The notes below the pieces were generated by a model, which saw only the letters and a list, made by a program, of their open reading frames with translations, was not told the DNA's origin and searched no databases. Position numbers and translations under genes: made by a program. Positions 27,355 to 40,742 of a stretch of 64,000 nucleotides of DNA are shown one piece after another. The DNA is from Eledone cirrhosa (lineage: Eukaryota), in contig OZ024740.1 of the NCBI GenBank assembly GCA_964016885.1, forward strand, positions 8,680,001 to 8,744,000, read 5' to 3'. Numbering within the stretch: position 1 is the stretch's first letter; every line of letters starts with the position of its first letter.

Positions 27355-30300
27355 CTAACAAGTCAACACCCCTCCCTCCCGCCCCCACAAACCACCATTA
27401 TTATTACCTGGACCAATCATAAGCCAGAGGCCTATACTATCGTTTACCTGGTCGCCTTCGATATGTAGGATGGTAGGACTACGGAGTTCCGGAGAGTTGA
27501 AGAGAGAAAAATCTGGACGCTCAGCGATAATGCCAAAGTTAAAGACAAACACACCTCGGGGACGAAAATGCGAGCATGCCTCTTTGTTTCGGCCGCGGAT
27601 GGCTAACATAACCCCATCTCCCCCCGCTTCCCACCTTTCCAACCCCCCAAACGCAATCCAAAACTTCAGATTTGGTACCTTGAATGTAGGCACCTTAAAG
27701 GGTCGCTCTAACGAGGTTGTAGAAATGCTTGAACGTAAGGAGGTCGATGTTTGTTGTATTCAAGAGACCAGGTTGAGGGGTGGATCTGCTAGATACATTG
27801 TGGGTAGAAAACGATGCTATAAGCTTTTCTGGGTGGGAAAGGACAATGGGCTGGGTGGAGTAGGAATCATGGTAGCAGAAAAGTGGGCAGATAAGATAAT
27901 AGACGTAAATAGAGTGAACGACAGAATAATTAAAATAAGACTTGTCCTCAATAGAACTACGGTGACAGTAATATCCGCGTACGCACCCCAATCCGGACTG
28001 CCCAGCACTATAAAAGACAGATTCTATGAGACACTGATGCTCACTACCTCCCAAATAACAGACAGTGACTATAGAATTATTGCAGGCGACCTAAACGGTC
28101 ACGTTGGACAACATTGTGACGGCTACAACGAAATCCATGGAGGCTATGGGTTTGGTACTAGAAATGAGGAAGGCTCCAGAATCCTGGAATTCTGTGATGC
28201 AAATAACCTAACTATCTGTAACACTAACTTAAAAAAACGTGACAATCACCTGATCACCTACAGATCAGGGGAACATACTAGCCAGGTAGATTATATCCTT
28301 ACCAGAAGACGTGACAGAGTGTCTGTTGTAAACACTAAATCCCTCCCCCATGAAGAATGCACCTCCCAACATAGACTGATAATTAGCGACCTCACAGTCA
28401 GGACGAGACGTACTCGACAGCAGAAGAGGACTATCCTCAGGAGAAAAATATGGAAGCTAAAGGACCCCACAGCCAGAAATAAATTTCAAAGCATATTACT
28501 TGATGCTTTCGACAGTAAGGAAGAACATTTAGTGTTGGACAATATAGAGGGACAGTGGGAATTTCTGAAAGCAAACCTGCTGATGGCGACAGACGAAGTC
28601 TGTGGCTGGAGGAGGCCTGTAGGCAGGAGGAGAGTAACATGGTGGTGGAACAGTAAGGTGGAGGGGTCAATTAAGGCCAAAAAGCAGGCTTGGAAAATAT
28701 GGCGGGATGGGGGAAGTAGAGAAGACTATCAAGTGGCCAGGAGGGAAGCTAGGAGACAAGTGTACTTAGCAAGAAGGGAAGCTGAGGAAAGAAAGTTCAA
28801 GCATGTTCTACAACGCGAGGACCAAAAACGTGAGGTGTTCAGGATTGCTAGGCAATGCGTCAAGGAAAACCATGATATTGTTGGGGAGAAGTGTGTACTT
28901 AACGATGATGGCATACTTGCCATCACCGACGCTGATAAGAAGGTAGTTTGGAAGTGTCACTATGAAAGGCTACTAAATGAGGAGAATAAATGGGAGAAAG
29001 ACAGTCTCCCCCACATCGACCCAATAGAGGGACCAGCAGTGTTAGTCGAGGGGAGTATAATAAGTAAGGCAATCAAGGATATGAAGACGGGTAAGGCGGC
29101 TGGGCCTTCGGAAATAGTTGCTGAGATGCTGAAGGCATCTGGCACGGTGGGACACACCATGGTCACCCGCATAGTTAACCAAGTCGTACAGAATGGGGTT
29201 GTTCCGAAGGACTGGCATAGCAGCATCATCGTTAACTGTTATAAGGGTAAAGGAGACGCCCTAGATAGGAGTAACTATAGAGGCATTAAATTAATCGACC
29301 AGGTCATGAAGGTCACGGAAAAAGTAATAGCACAACTAATCAGAGAGAGAATTGACCTAGATGAAATGCAGTTCGGGTTTGTGTCAGGCAAAAGTACCAC
29401 AGACGCTCTTTTCATTGTACGACAACTACAGGAGAAGTACCTATCTAAGGTAAACCCCTCTACTTAGCTTTTGTCGACTTGGAGAAAGCCTTCGACAGAG
29501 TCCCCCGCTCCATTATCTGGTGGGCTCTTAAAAAACTAGGCGTTGACGAATGGCTTGTGAGAGCTATAGAAGCCATGTATAAAGAAACAGTCAGCAAGGT
29601 TAGAATTAACAACGAATATAGTGAAGAGTTTAGTGTAAAAGTTGGCGTCCATCAGGGCTTTGTTCTCAGCCCCCTACTATTTATTATTGCCCTTCAGGCT
29701 ATAACAGAGGAGTTCAAGACCGGCTGCCCATTGGAACTCCTATACGCAGACGACCTGACACTCATAGCGGAATCAATGGCCGAGCTAGAGAAGAAATTCC
29801 AAACATGGAAGCACGGCCTAGAATCAAAAGGACTTAAAATTAACCTGGCTAAGACTAAAGTTCTAGTTTGTAGGAAAGAAAATAAGGCGGCGGTCCCTAC
29901 TGGGAAATGGTCGTGCTCGGTGTGTAGGAAAGGCGTATGTAGAAACTCCATTTTATGTCCTAAATGCAAAGTATGGGTGCATAAAAGATGTAGTGGGATC
30001 ACAGGTAAGCTAACTAAGAACATAGATTTTACATGTGGCCAGTGCTCTGGTGCAATAAGTAGCAGCAAGTGCCCACAAAATACTAGCTCTTTCAATTGCG
30101 CAGAGGGTTCTATAGAAATAGTGGACAGCTTCCATTACCTGGGTGATAAAATCAACAGTGGGGGAGGGTGCTCTGAAAGTACTGTAGCTAGAGTCAGAAC
30201 TGGTTGGAAAAAGTTCAGAGAGCTTATACCACTATTTTGCTGCTAAAGGGTTCTCCCTAAAAATGAAAGGCAGGTTGTACGATGCCTGCATACGAACAGC

Positions 30301-31099
30301 AATGTTGCATGGCAGTAAGACCTGGGCATTGTGTGCAGAGGATATACGCAGACTAGAGAGGAACGAAGCTTGCATGCTCCGCTGGATGTGTAACAGTAAT
30401 ATACGTGAACGGCAAAGCATGAACGAACTAAGGAAGGAATTAGAAATAAGAGGGATCAGATGTTGTTTACTCGAGAGAAGGCTACATTGGTATGGACACG
30501 TGATGCGCATGAAAGTTGATAGCTATATAACAAAGTGCAGGGCAATAAAGATAGACTGTAGCCACGGAATAGGCAGACCTAGAAAAACCTGGGACGAGCT
30601 GATAAACTCCGACATCACACACTTACACCTCTCCAAGACAATGTCACTGGACCGAGACCATTGGCGGTACTCAGTAACAGAGAAGACGCGTCTTACCTAA
30701 ATACATAGTAAAACCTACTACAGCCAGTAGGCATCTCTAACAAAATACCCGCCCCCCCCGTCCCACCACCCCCACCCCATCCACACCACCCCGTTCTATG
30801 TAAAGTTATTTTGTTGCCACACCATCCAGGCCGAAACAAATGAGATCGTGTAGGTGTCACGACAAAAAAACACACAGTCCACGCTGTAATGTGGCAGTGT
30901 AGGCAACACGGTAAAAACCTCCCAGACCCACACTGTAAATGTGGTTGGTGTTAGGAAGGGCATCCAACTGTAGAAAACCTGCCAGACAGTCCTATGCGAG
31001 CAACACAATCACTCTTGCCTCAAGTGGGACTACCCCCGTCCAAACCCATGCAATCGTGGAACACGGACGTTAAACGTTGATGATGATGATGATGATGAT
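27355..31099 (+). mobile_element. Near full-length RTE-clade LINE, subfamily A (copy 3), about 3.75 kb
   Basis: Short 5' leader, single ORF with APE + RT, 3' UTR and (GAT)7 tail at 31079-31099. The single-ORF architecture and microsatellite tail are typical of the RTE clade. Apparent TSD ATGTCAGTTTCG/ATGTCCGTTTCG is ambiguous inside a satellite. Confidence 0.96.
27470..30700 (+). pseudogene. RTE polyprotein (APE-like endonuclease - RT - embedded PHD finger), two frameshifts
   Basis: APE motifs TLNVGTL, CIQETR, SAYAPQ, AGDLNGHVG, QVDYIL, SQHRLI. RT YADD at about 29743. Relative to copy 1 there is a 1-bp deletion at about 29447 and a 1-bp insertion at about 30237, splitting ORFs 27470..29467, 29479..30246 and 30263..30700. 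Confidence 0.95.
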
Positions 31100-34000
31100 G
31101 TCCGTTTCGATTGGTATGTCAGTTTCGATTGGTATGTCAGTTTCGATTGGTATGTTTGTTTCGATTGGTATATCAGTTTCGATTGGTATATCAGTTTCTA
31201 TTGGTTTGTCATTTTCTATTGGTATGTCAGTTTCGATTGGTATATCAGTTTCTATTGGTATATCAGTTTCTATTGGTATATCAGTTTCGATTGGTATGTC
31301 AGTTTCGATTGGTATGTCGATTTCTATTGGTATGTCAGTTTCAATTAGTACATCAGATTCTATTGGTATATCACTTTCTATTGATATGTCAGTCTCTATT
31401 GGTATATCAATTTCGATTGGTATGTCTGTTTCTATTGCTATATCAGTTTCTATTGGTATATCAGTTTCGATTGGTATGTCAGTTTCTATGGGTATATCAG
31501 TTTCAATTGGTATGTCAATTTCTATTGGTATATCATTGGTATATCAGTTTCGAATGGTATGTCAGACTCGATTGGTATATCAGTTTCGATTGGTATATCA
31601 ATTTTCGATTGGTATGTCAGTTTCTATTGGTATATCAGTTTCTATTGCTATGTCCGTTTCGATTAGTATGTCAGTTTCTATAGGTATATCAGTTTCGATC
31701 GGTATGTTAGGTTCTATTGGTATGTCACTTTCGATTAGTATGTCAGTTTCGATTAGTATATCAGTTTCTATTGGTATGTCAGTTTCTATTGGTATGTCAG
31801 TTTTGATTGGTATATCAGATTCGACTGGTATATCAATTTCTATTGCTATATCAGTTTCTATTGGTATGTCAGTTTCTATTGGTATATCAGTTTTTATTGG
31901 TATGTCAGTTTCTATTGGTATGTCAGTTTCTATTAGTATATCAGTTTCTAATGATATGTCAGTTTCGATTGGTTTATCAGTTTCGACTGTTATGTCAGTT
32001 TCTATTGGTATATCAGTTTCGATTGGTATGTCAGTTTCGATTAGTATATCAGTTTCTATTGGTATGTCAGTTTCTATTGGTATATCAGTTTCGATTGGTA
32101 TATCAGTTTCGATTTGTATGTCAATTTTTATTTGCATGTCAGTTTCGATTGGCATGTCAGTTTCAATTGGTATGTCAGTTTCTATTGGTATATCAGTTTC
32201 GATTGGTATGTCACTTTCTATTGGTATGTCAGTTTCTATTAGTATATCAGTTTCTATTGGTATGTCAGTCTCTATTGGTATATCAGTTTCGATTGGTATG
32301 TCAATTTCGATTGGTATATCAGTTTCTATTGGTATATCAGTTTCGATTGGTATGTCAGTTTTGATTGGTATGTTAGTTTCTATTGGTATGTCAGTTTCGA
32401 TGTGTATATCAGTTTCTATTGGTATGTCAGTCTCTATTGGTATGTCAGTTTCGATTGGTATGTCAGTTTCGATTGGTATGTCAGTTTCAATTGGTATGTC
32501 AGTTTCTATTGGTATATCAGTTTCGATTGGTATGTCAGTTTCGATTGGTATATCAGTTTCAATTGGTATATCAGTTTCAATTGGTATGTCAGTTTCGATT
32601 AGTATATCAGCTTCTATTGATATGTCAGTTTTATTGGTATGTTAGTCCTTGATTTGTATGTCAGTTTCTATTGGTATATCAGTTTCGATTGGTATGTCAG
32701 TTTCAATTAGTACTTCAGTTTCTATTGGTATGTAGGTTTCTATTGGTATATCAGTTTCGATTGGCATATCAGTTTCGATTGGTATGTCAGTTTCTATTGG
32801 TATGTCAGTTTCGATTGGTATATCAGTTTCGATTTGTATGTCAATTTCGATTGGTTTGTAGGGTTTCGATTGGTATATCATATTCGACTGGTATATCACT
32901 TTCTATTGCTATATCAGTTTCTATTGGTATGTCAGTTTCAATTGGTATGTCAGTTTCAATTGGTATGTCAGTTTCGATAAGTATATCAGTTTCTATTGAT
33001 ATGTCAGTTTCGATTGGTATGTCAATTTCGGTTGGTATGTCAGTTTCGATTGATATATCAGTTTTGATTGGTATGTCAATTTCGAATTGTATGTGAGTTT
33101 CGATTGGTATGTCAGTTTCTATGGGTATATCAGTTTCGATTGGTATGTCAATTTCTATTGGTATGTCATCGGTATATCAGTTTCGAATGGTATGTCAGAC
33201 TCGATTGGTATATCAGTTTCGATTGGTATATCAATTTCGATTGGTATGTCAGTTTCTATAGGTATATCAATTTCGATTGGTATGTTAGGTTCTACTGGTA
33301 TGTGAGTTTCGATTAGTATGTCAGTTTCGATTGGTATGTTAGTCCTCGAGTTGTATGTCAGTTTCTATTGGTATATCAGTTTCGATTGGTATGTCAGTTT
33401 CGATTAGTATATCAGTTTCTATTGGTATGTCAGTTTCTATTGGTATATCAGTTTCTATTGGTGTATCAGTTTCGATTGGTATATCAGTTTCTATTGGTAT
33501 ATCAGTTTCGATTGGTATGTCAGTTTCTATTGGTATGTCAGTTTCTATTAGTATATCATTTTCTATTGGTAGGTCAGTCTCTATTGGTATATCAGTTTCG
33601 ATTGGTATGTTAGATTCAATTTTTATTTCAGTTTCGATTGGTATATCAGTTTCGATTGGTATATCAGTTTTCGATTGGTATGTTAGTTTCTATTGGAATG
33701 TCAGTTGCGATTAGTATATCAGTTTCTATTGGTATGTCAGTTTAAATTAGTATGTTAGTCCTCGATTCGTATGTCAGTTTCTATTGGTATATCAGTTTCG
33801 ATTGGTATGTCAGTTTCGATTAGTATATCAGTTTCTATTGGTATGTCAGTTTCTATTGGTATATCAGTTTCGATTGGTATATCAGTTTCGATTTGTATGT
33901 CAATTTTGATTGGCATGTCAGTTTCGATTGGTATATTAGATTCGACTGGTATATCACTTTCTATTGTTATATCAGTTTCTATTGGTATGACAGTTTCAAT

Positions 34001-34909
34001 TGGTATGTCAGTTTCTATTGGTATATCAGTTTCGATTGGTACGTCAGTTTCTATTGGTATGTCAGTTTCTATTAGTATATCAGTTTCTATAGGTATGTCA
34101 GTCTCTATTGGTATATCAGTTTCGATTGGTATGTCAGTTTTGATTGGTATATCAGTTTCGATTAGTATGTCAGTTTCGATTGGTATATCAGTTTCTATTG
34201 GTATGTCATTGGTATATCAGTTTCGAATGGTATGTCAGACTCGATTGGTATATCAGTTTCGATTGGTATATCAGTTTCGATTGATATGTCAGTTTCTATA
34301 GCTATATCAGTTTCGATTGGTATGTTAGGTTCTATTGGTATGTCTGTTTCGATTAGTATGTCAGTTTTTCGATTGGTATGTTAGTCCTCGTGTTGGATGT
34401 CAGTTTCTATTGGTATATCAGTTTTGATTGGTATGTCAGTTTCGATTGGTATATCACTTTCTATTGCCATATCAGTTTCTATTGGTATGTCAGTTTCTAT
34501 TGGTATATCAGTTTTGATTGGTATGTCAGTCTCTATTGGTATATCAGTTTCGATTGGTATATCAGTTTCGATTGGTATGTCAATTTTGATTGTCATGTCA
34601 GTTTCGATTGGTATATCAGATTCGACTGGTATATCACTTTCTATTGCTATATCAGTTTCTATTGGTATGTCAGTTTCAATTGGTATGTCAGTTTCTATTG
34701 GTATATCAGTTTCGATTGGTATGTCAGTTTCTATTGGTATGTCAGTTTCTATTAGTATATCATTTTCTATTGGTATATCAGTCTCTATTGGTATATCAGT
34801 TTCGATTGGTATGTCAGTTTCGATTGTATGTCACTTTCTATTGGTATGTCAGTTTCGATGAGTATATCAGTTTCTATTGGTATATCAGTTTTCATTGGTA
34901 TGTCAGTTT

Positions 34910-37900
34910 CTGTTGGTATATCAGTTTCGATTGGCATATCAGTTTCGACTGGTATATCAGTTTCGATTGGTATATCAGTTTCGATTGGTATATCAGTTTT
35001 GATTGGCATATCAGTTTCGACTGGTATATCAGTTTCGATTGGTATATCAGTTTTTAATGGTATCTCAGTTTCTGTTGGTATATCAGTTTCGATTGGCATA
35101 TCAGTTTCGACTGGTATATCAGTTTCGATTGGTATATCAGTTTCGATTGGTATATCAGTTTTTATTGGTATGTCAGTTTCTGTTGGTATATCAGTTTCGA
35201 TTGGCATATCAATTTCGACTGGTATATCAATTTCGATTGGTATATCAGTTTGTATTGGTATGTCAGTTTCTGTTGGTACATCAGTTTCGATTGGCATATC
35301 AGTTTCGACTGGTATATCAGTTTCGATTGGTATATCAGTTTCGATTGGTATATCAGTTTTTATTGGTATGTCAGTTTCTGTTGGTATATCAGCTTCGATT
35401 GGCATATCAGTTTCGACTGGTATATCATTTTCGATTGGTATATCAGTTTCGATTGGTATATCAGTTTTTATCGGTATGTCAGTTTCTGTTGGTATATCAG
35501 TTTCGATTGGCATATCAGTTTCGACTGGTATATCAGCTTCGATTGGTATATCAGTTTCTATTGGTATATCAGTTTCTATAGGCATGTCAGTCTCTATTGG
35601 TATATCAGTTTCGATTGGTATGTCAGTTTCGAATGCTATGTCAGTTTCGTTTGGTATGTCAGTTTCGATTGGTATATCAGTTTCGAATGGAATTTCAATC
35701 TCGATTGGTATGTGAGTTTCGATTGGTATGTGAGTTTTGATTAATATATCAGTTACTATTGGTATGTATGTTTCGATTGTTATGTCATTTTCGATTGTTA
35801 TGTCAGTGTCTATTGGTATATCAGTTTCGATTGGTATATCAGTTTCGATTGGTATATTAGTATCAATTGTTACGTCAATTTCAATTGGTATGTCAGTTTC
35901 GATTGGTATATCAGTTTCGAATGGTATTTCAATCTCGATTGGTATGTCAATTTCGATTGGTATGTCAGTTTCGATTGGTATATAAGTTTCTATTGCTATA
36001 TCAGTTTCGATTGGTATGTCAGTTTCTATGGGTATATCAGTTTCGATTGGTATGTCACTTTCCATTGGTATGTCAGTTTCTATTAGTATATCAGTTTCTA
36101 TTGGTATGTCAGTCTCTATTGGTATATCAGTTTCGATTGGTATGTCAGTTTCGATTGGTATATCAGTTTCTATTGGTATATCAGTTTCCATTGGTATGTC
36201 AGTTTCGACTGGTATGTCAGTTTCTATTGGTGTGTCAGTTTCGATGAGTATTTAGCAGTAATTAGTTATAGATGTTATCGCCATTTTAGCAGGGTGGTAG
36301 AATCAGTGGTCGTTAGTTGCCAGTGTGGTAAGTGATAGTATCCTCGTTGGATTAGACATAGACGTGAGGGAAGGTCCCTCGATCTATTTACCATCTATTT
36401 ACAATATTCCTTTCGTCAGGTCGCCAGTTCCAGCATCATGGATTAAAGATGCCATTGAGACACGAGTAACATACAAGTATATCACTACAAGTATATCAGT
36501 TTCTATTGGTATGTCAGTCTCTATTGGTATATCAGTTTCGATTGGTATGTCAGTTTCGATTGGTATGTCAGTTACTATTGGTATAGCAGTTTCGATTGTT
36601 ATGTCAGTTTCGATTGGTATATCAGTTTCAATTGGTATATCAGTTTCAATTGGTATGTCAGTTTCTATTGGTATGTCAGTTTCGATTAGTATATCCGCTT
36701 CTATTGGTATGTCAGTTTTATTGGTATGTTAGTCCTCGATTTGTATGTCAGTTTCTATTGGTATATCAGTTTCGATTGGTTTGTCAGTTTCAATTAGTAC
36801 ATCAGTTTCTATTGGTATGTAAGTTTCTATTGGTAGATCAGTTTCGATTTGCATATCAGTTTCGATTGGTATGTCAGTTTCTATTGGTATCTCAGTTTCG
36901 ATTGGTATATCAGTTTCGATTTGTATGTCAATTTCGATTTGTATGTCAGTTTCGATTGGTATATCAGATTCGACTGGTATATCACTTTCTATTGCTATAT
37001 CAGTTTCTATTGGTATGTCAGTTTCAATTGGTATGTCAGTTTCAATTGGTATGTCAGTTTCGATGAGTATATCAGTTTCTATTGATATGTCAGTCTCTAT
37101 TGGTATATCAGTTTCGATTGGTATGTCAGTTTCTATTGGTATATTAGTTTCGATTGGTATGTCAGTTTCGATTGGTATATCAGTTTCGAATGGTATTTCA
37201 ATCTCAATTGGTATGTCAGTTTCGATCGGTATGTTAGTCCTCGATTTGTATGTTAGTTTCTATTGGTATATCAGTTTCGATTGGTATGTCAGTTTCAATT
37301 AGTATATCAGTTTCTATTGGTATGTTAGTTTCTATTGGTATATCAGTTTCGATTGGTATGTCAGTTTCAATTAGTATATCAGTTTCTATTGCTATATCAG
37401 TTTCTATTGGTATATCAGTTTCGATTAGTATGTCAGTTTCTATTGGTATATCAGTTTCGATTGGTATGTCAGACTCGATTGGTATATCAGTTTCGATTGG
37501 TATATCAGTTTCGATTGGTATGTCAGTTTCTATTGGTATATCAGTTTCGATTAGTATGTCAGTTTCTATTGGTATATCAGTTTCGATTGGTATATCAGTT
37601 TCTATTGGTATGTCATTGGTATATCAGTTTTGAATGGTATGTCAGACTCGATTGGTATATCAGTTTCGATTGGTATATCAGTTTTGATTGGTATATCAGT
37701 TTCTATATGTATATCAGTTTCGATTGGTATGTTAGGTCCTATTGGTATGTCAGTTTCGATTAGTATGTCAGTTTCGATTGGTATGTTAGTCCTCGAGTTG
37801 TATGTCAGTTTCTATTGGTATATCAGTTTCGATTGGTATGTCAGTTTCGATTAGTCTATCAGTTTCTATTGGTATGTCAGTTTCTATTGGTATGTCAGTT

Positions 37901-38913
37901 TTGATTGGTATATCAGATTCGACTGGTATATCACTTTCTATTGCTATATCAGTTTCTATTGGTATGTCAGTTTCAATTGGTATGTCAGTTTCTATTGGTA
38001 TATCAGTTTTGATTGGTATGTCAGTTTCTATTGGTATATCAGTTTCGATTGGTATATCAGTTTCGATTTGTATGTCAATTTTGATTGGCATGTCAGTTTC
38101 GATTGGTATATCAGATTCGACTGGTATATCACTTTCTATTGCTATATCAGTTTCTATTGGTATGTCAGTTTCAATTGGTATGTCAGTTTCTATTGGTATA
38201 TCAGGTTCGATTAGTATGTCAGTTTCTATTGGTATGTCAGTTTCTATTAATATATCAGTTTCTATTGGTATGTCAGTCTCTATTGGTATATCAGTTTCGA
38301 TTGGTATGTCAGTTTCGATTTGTATATCAGTTTCTATTGGTATATCAGTTTCGATTGGTATGTAAGTTTCTATTGGTATATCAGTTTTGATTGGTATGTC
38401 AGTTTCGATTAGTATATCATTTTCTATTGGTACGTCAGTTACTATTGGTATATCAGATTCGACTGGTATATCACTTTCTATTGCTATATCAGTTTCTATT
38501 GGTATGTCAGTTTCTATTAGTATATTAGTTTCTATTGGTATGTCAGTCTCTGTTGGTATATCAGTTTCGATTGGTATGTCAGTTTCGATTGGTATATCAG
38601 TTTCTATTGGTATATCAGTTTCTAATGCTATGTCCGTTTCGATTGGTATATCAGTTTCTATTGATATGTCAGTTTCGATTGGTATGTTAGTCCTCGATTT
38701 GTATGTCAGTTTCTATTGGTATATCAGTTTCGATTGGTATGTCAATTTCGTTTGGTATGTCAGTTTCGATTGCTATATCAGATTCGACTGGTATATGATT
38801 TTTCTATTGCTATATCAGTTTCTATTGGTATGTCAGTTTCGATTGGTATGTCAGTTTCTATTGTTATGTCAGTCTCTATTGGTATATCAGTTTCGAAAGG
38901 TATGTCAGTTTCG
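34910..38913. repeat. Dispersed duplicate of array block about 21960-27354, including the LTR-like insert
   Basis: Collinear rare variants at offsets 12950 (22741/35691), 11813 (LTR start) and 11559 (27157/38716 ORFs). The offset changes reflect a 1137-bp array indel and a 308-bp net LTR deletion. Confidence 0.88.
36251..36489 (-). mobile_element. Internally deleted duplicate of the solo-LTR-like insert (239 bp)
   Basis: Matches 24438-24660 and 24977-24984, with the same AGTA flanks and the same flanking satellite variants. 316 bp are replaced by an 8-bp filler. Confidence 0.9.
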
Positions 38914-40742
38914 ATTGGTACATCAGTTTCGATTGGTATATCAGTTTCGATTGGTATATCAGTTTCTATTGGTATATCAGTTTCAATTGAAATGTCAGTT
39001 TCTATTGGTATGTCAGTTTCTATTAGTATATCAGTTTCTATTGGTATGTCAGTCTCTATTGGTATATCAGTTTCGATTGGTATGTCAGTTTCGATTGGTA
39101 TATCAGTTTCTATTGGTATATCAGTTTTGATTGGTATGTAAGTTTCTATTGGTATATCAGTTTCAATTGGTATGTCAGTTTCGATTAGTATATCAGTTTC
39201 TATTGGTACGTCAGTTACTATTGGTATATCAGATTCGACTGGTATATCACTTTCTATTGCTATATCAGTTTCTATTGGTATATCAGTTTTGATTGGTATG
39301 TCAGTTTCTATTGGTATGTCAGTTTCTATTAGTATATTAGTTTCTATTGGTATGTCAGTCTCTGTTGGTATATCAGTTTCGATTGGTATGTCAGTTTCGA
39401 TTGGTATATCAGTTTCTATTGGTATATCAGTTTCTAATGCTATGTCCGTTTCGATTGGTATATCAGTTTCTATTGATATGTCAGTTTCGATTGGTATGTT
39501 AGTCCTCGATTTGTATGTCAGTTTCTATTGGTATATGAGTTTCGATTGGTATGTCAATTTCGTTTGGTATGTCAGTTTCGATTGCTATATCAGATTCGAC
39601 TGGTATATGATTTTTCTGTTGCTATATCAGTTTCTATTGGTATGTCAGTTTCGATTGGTATGTCAGTTTCTATTGTTATGTCAGTCTCTATTGGTATATC
39701 AGTTTCGAAAGGTATGTCAGTTTCGATTGGTACATCAGTTTCGATTGGTATGTCAGTTTCGATTGGTATATCAGTTTCTATTGGTATATCAGTTTCAATT
39801 GGAATGTCAGTTTCTATTGGTATGTCAGTTTCGATTAGTATATCAGTTTCTATTGGTATGTCAGTGTCTATTGGTATATCAGTTTCGATTTGTATGTCAG
39901 TTTCGATTGCTATGTCAGTTTCGCTTGGTATGTCAGTTTCGATTGGTATATCAGTTTCAATTGGTATATCAGTTTCAATTGGTATGTCAGTTTCTATTGG
40001 TATGTCAGTTTCGATTAGTATATCCGCTTCTATTGGTATGTCAGTTTTATTGGTATGTTAGTCCTCGATTTGTATGTCAGTTTCTATTGGTATATCAGTT
40101 TCGATTGGTTTGTCAGTTTCAATTAGTACATCAGTTTCTATTGGTATGTAAGTTTCTATTGGTAGATCAGTTTCGATTTGCATATCAGTTTCGATTGGTA
40201 TGTCAGTTTCTATTGGTATCTCAGTTTCGATTGGTATATCAGTTTCGATTTGTATGTCAATTTCGATTTGTATGTCAGTTTCGATTGGTATATCAGATTC
40301 GACTGGTATATCACTTTCTATTGCTATATCAGTTTCTATTGGTATGTCAGTTTCAATTGGTATGTCAGTTTCAATTGGTATGTCAGTTTCGATGAGTATA
40401 TCAGTTTCTATTGATATGTCAGTCTCTATTGGTATATCAGTTTCGATTGGTATGTCAGTTTCTATTGGTATATTAGTTTCGATTGGTATGTCAGTTTCGA
40501 TTGGTATATCAGTTTCGAATGGTATTTCAATCTCAATTGGTATGTCAGTTTCGATCGGTATGTTAGTCCTCGATTTGTATGTTAGTTTCTATTGGTATAT
40601 CAGTTTCGATTGGTATGTCAGTTTCAATTAGTATATCAGTTTCTATTGGTATGTTAGTTTCTATTGGTATATCAGTTTCGATTGGTATGTCAGTTTCAAT
40701 TAGTATATCAGTTTCTATTGCTATATCAGTTTCTATTGGTAT

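Noticed and set aside
27355-27620. Possible HDV-like self-cleaving ribozyme in the RTE 5' region, as reported for some RTE elements
   Set aside because: I could not build the nested double pseudoknot by eye. It needs an RNArobo/Infernal search and is not claimed.
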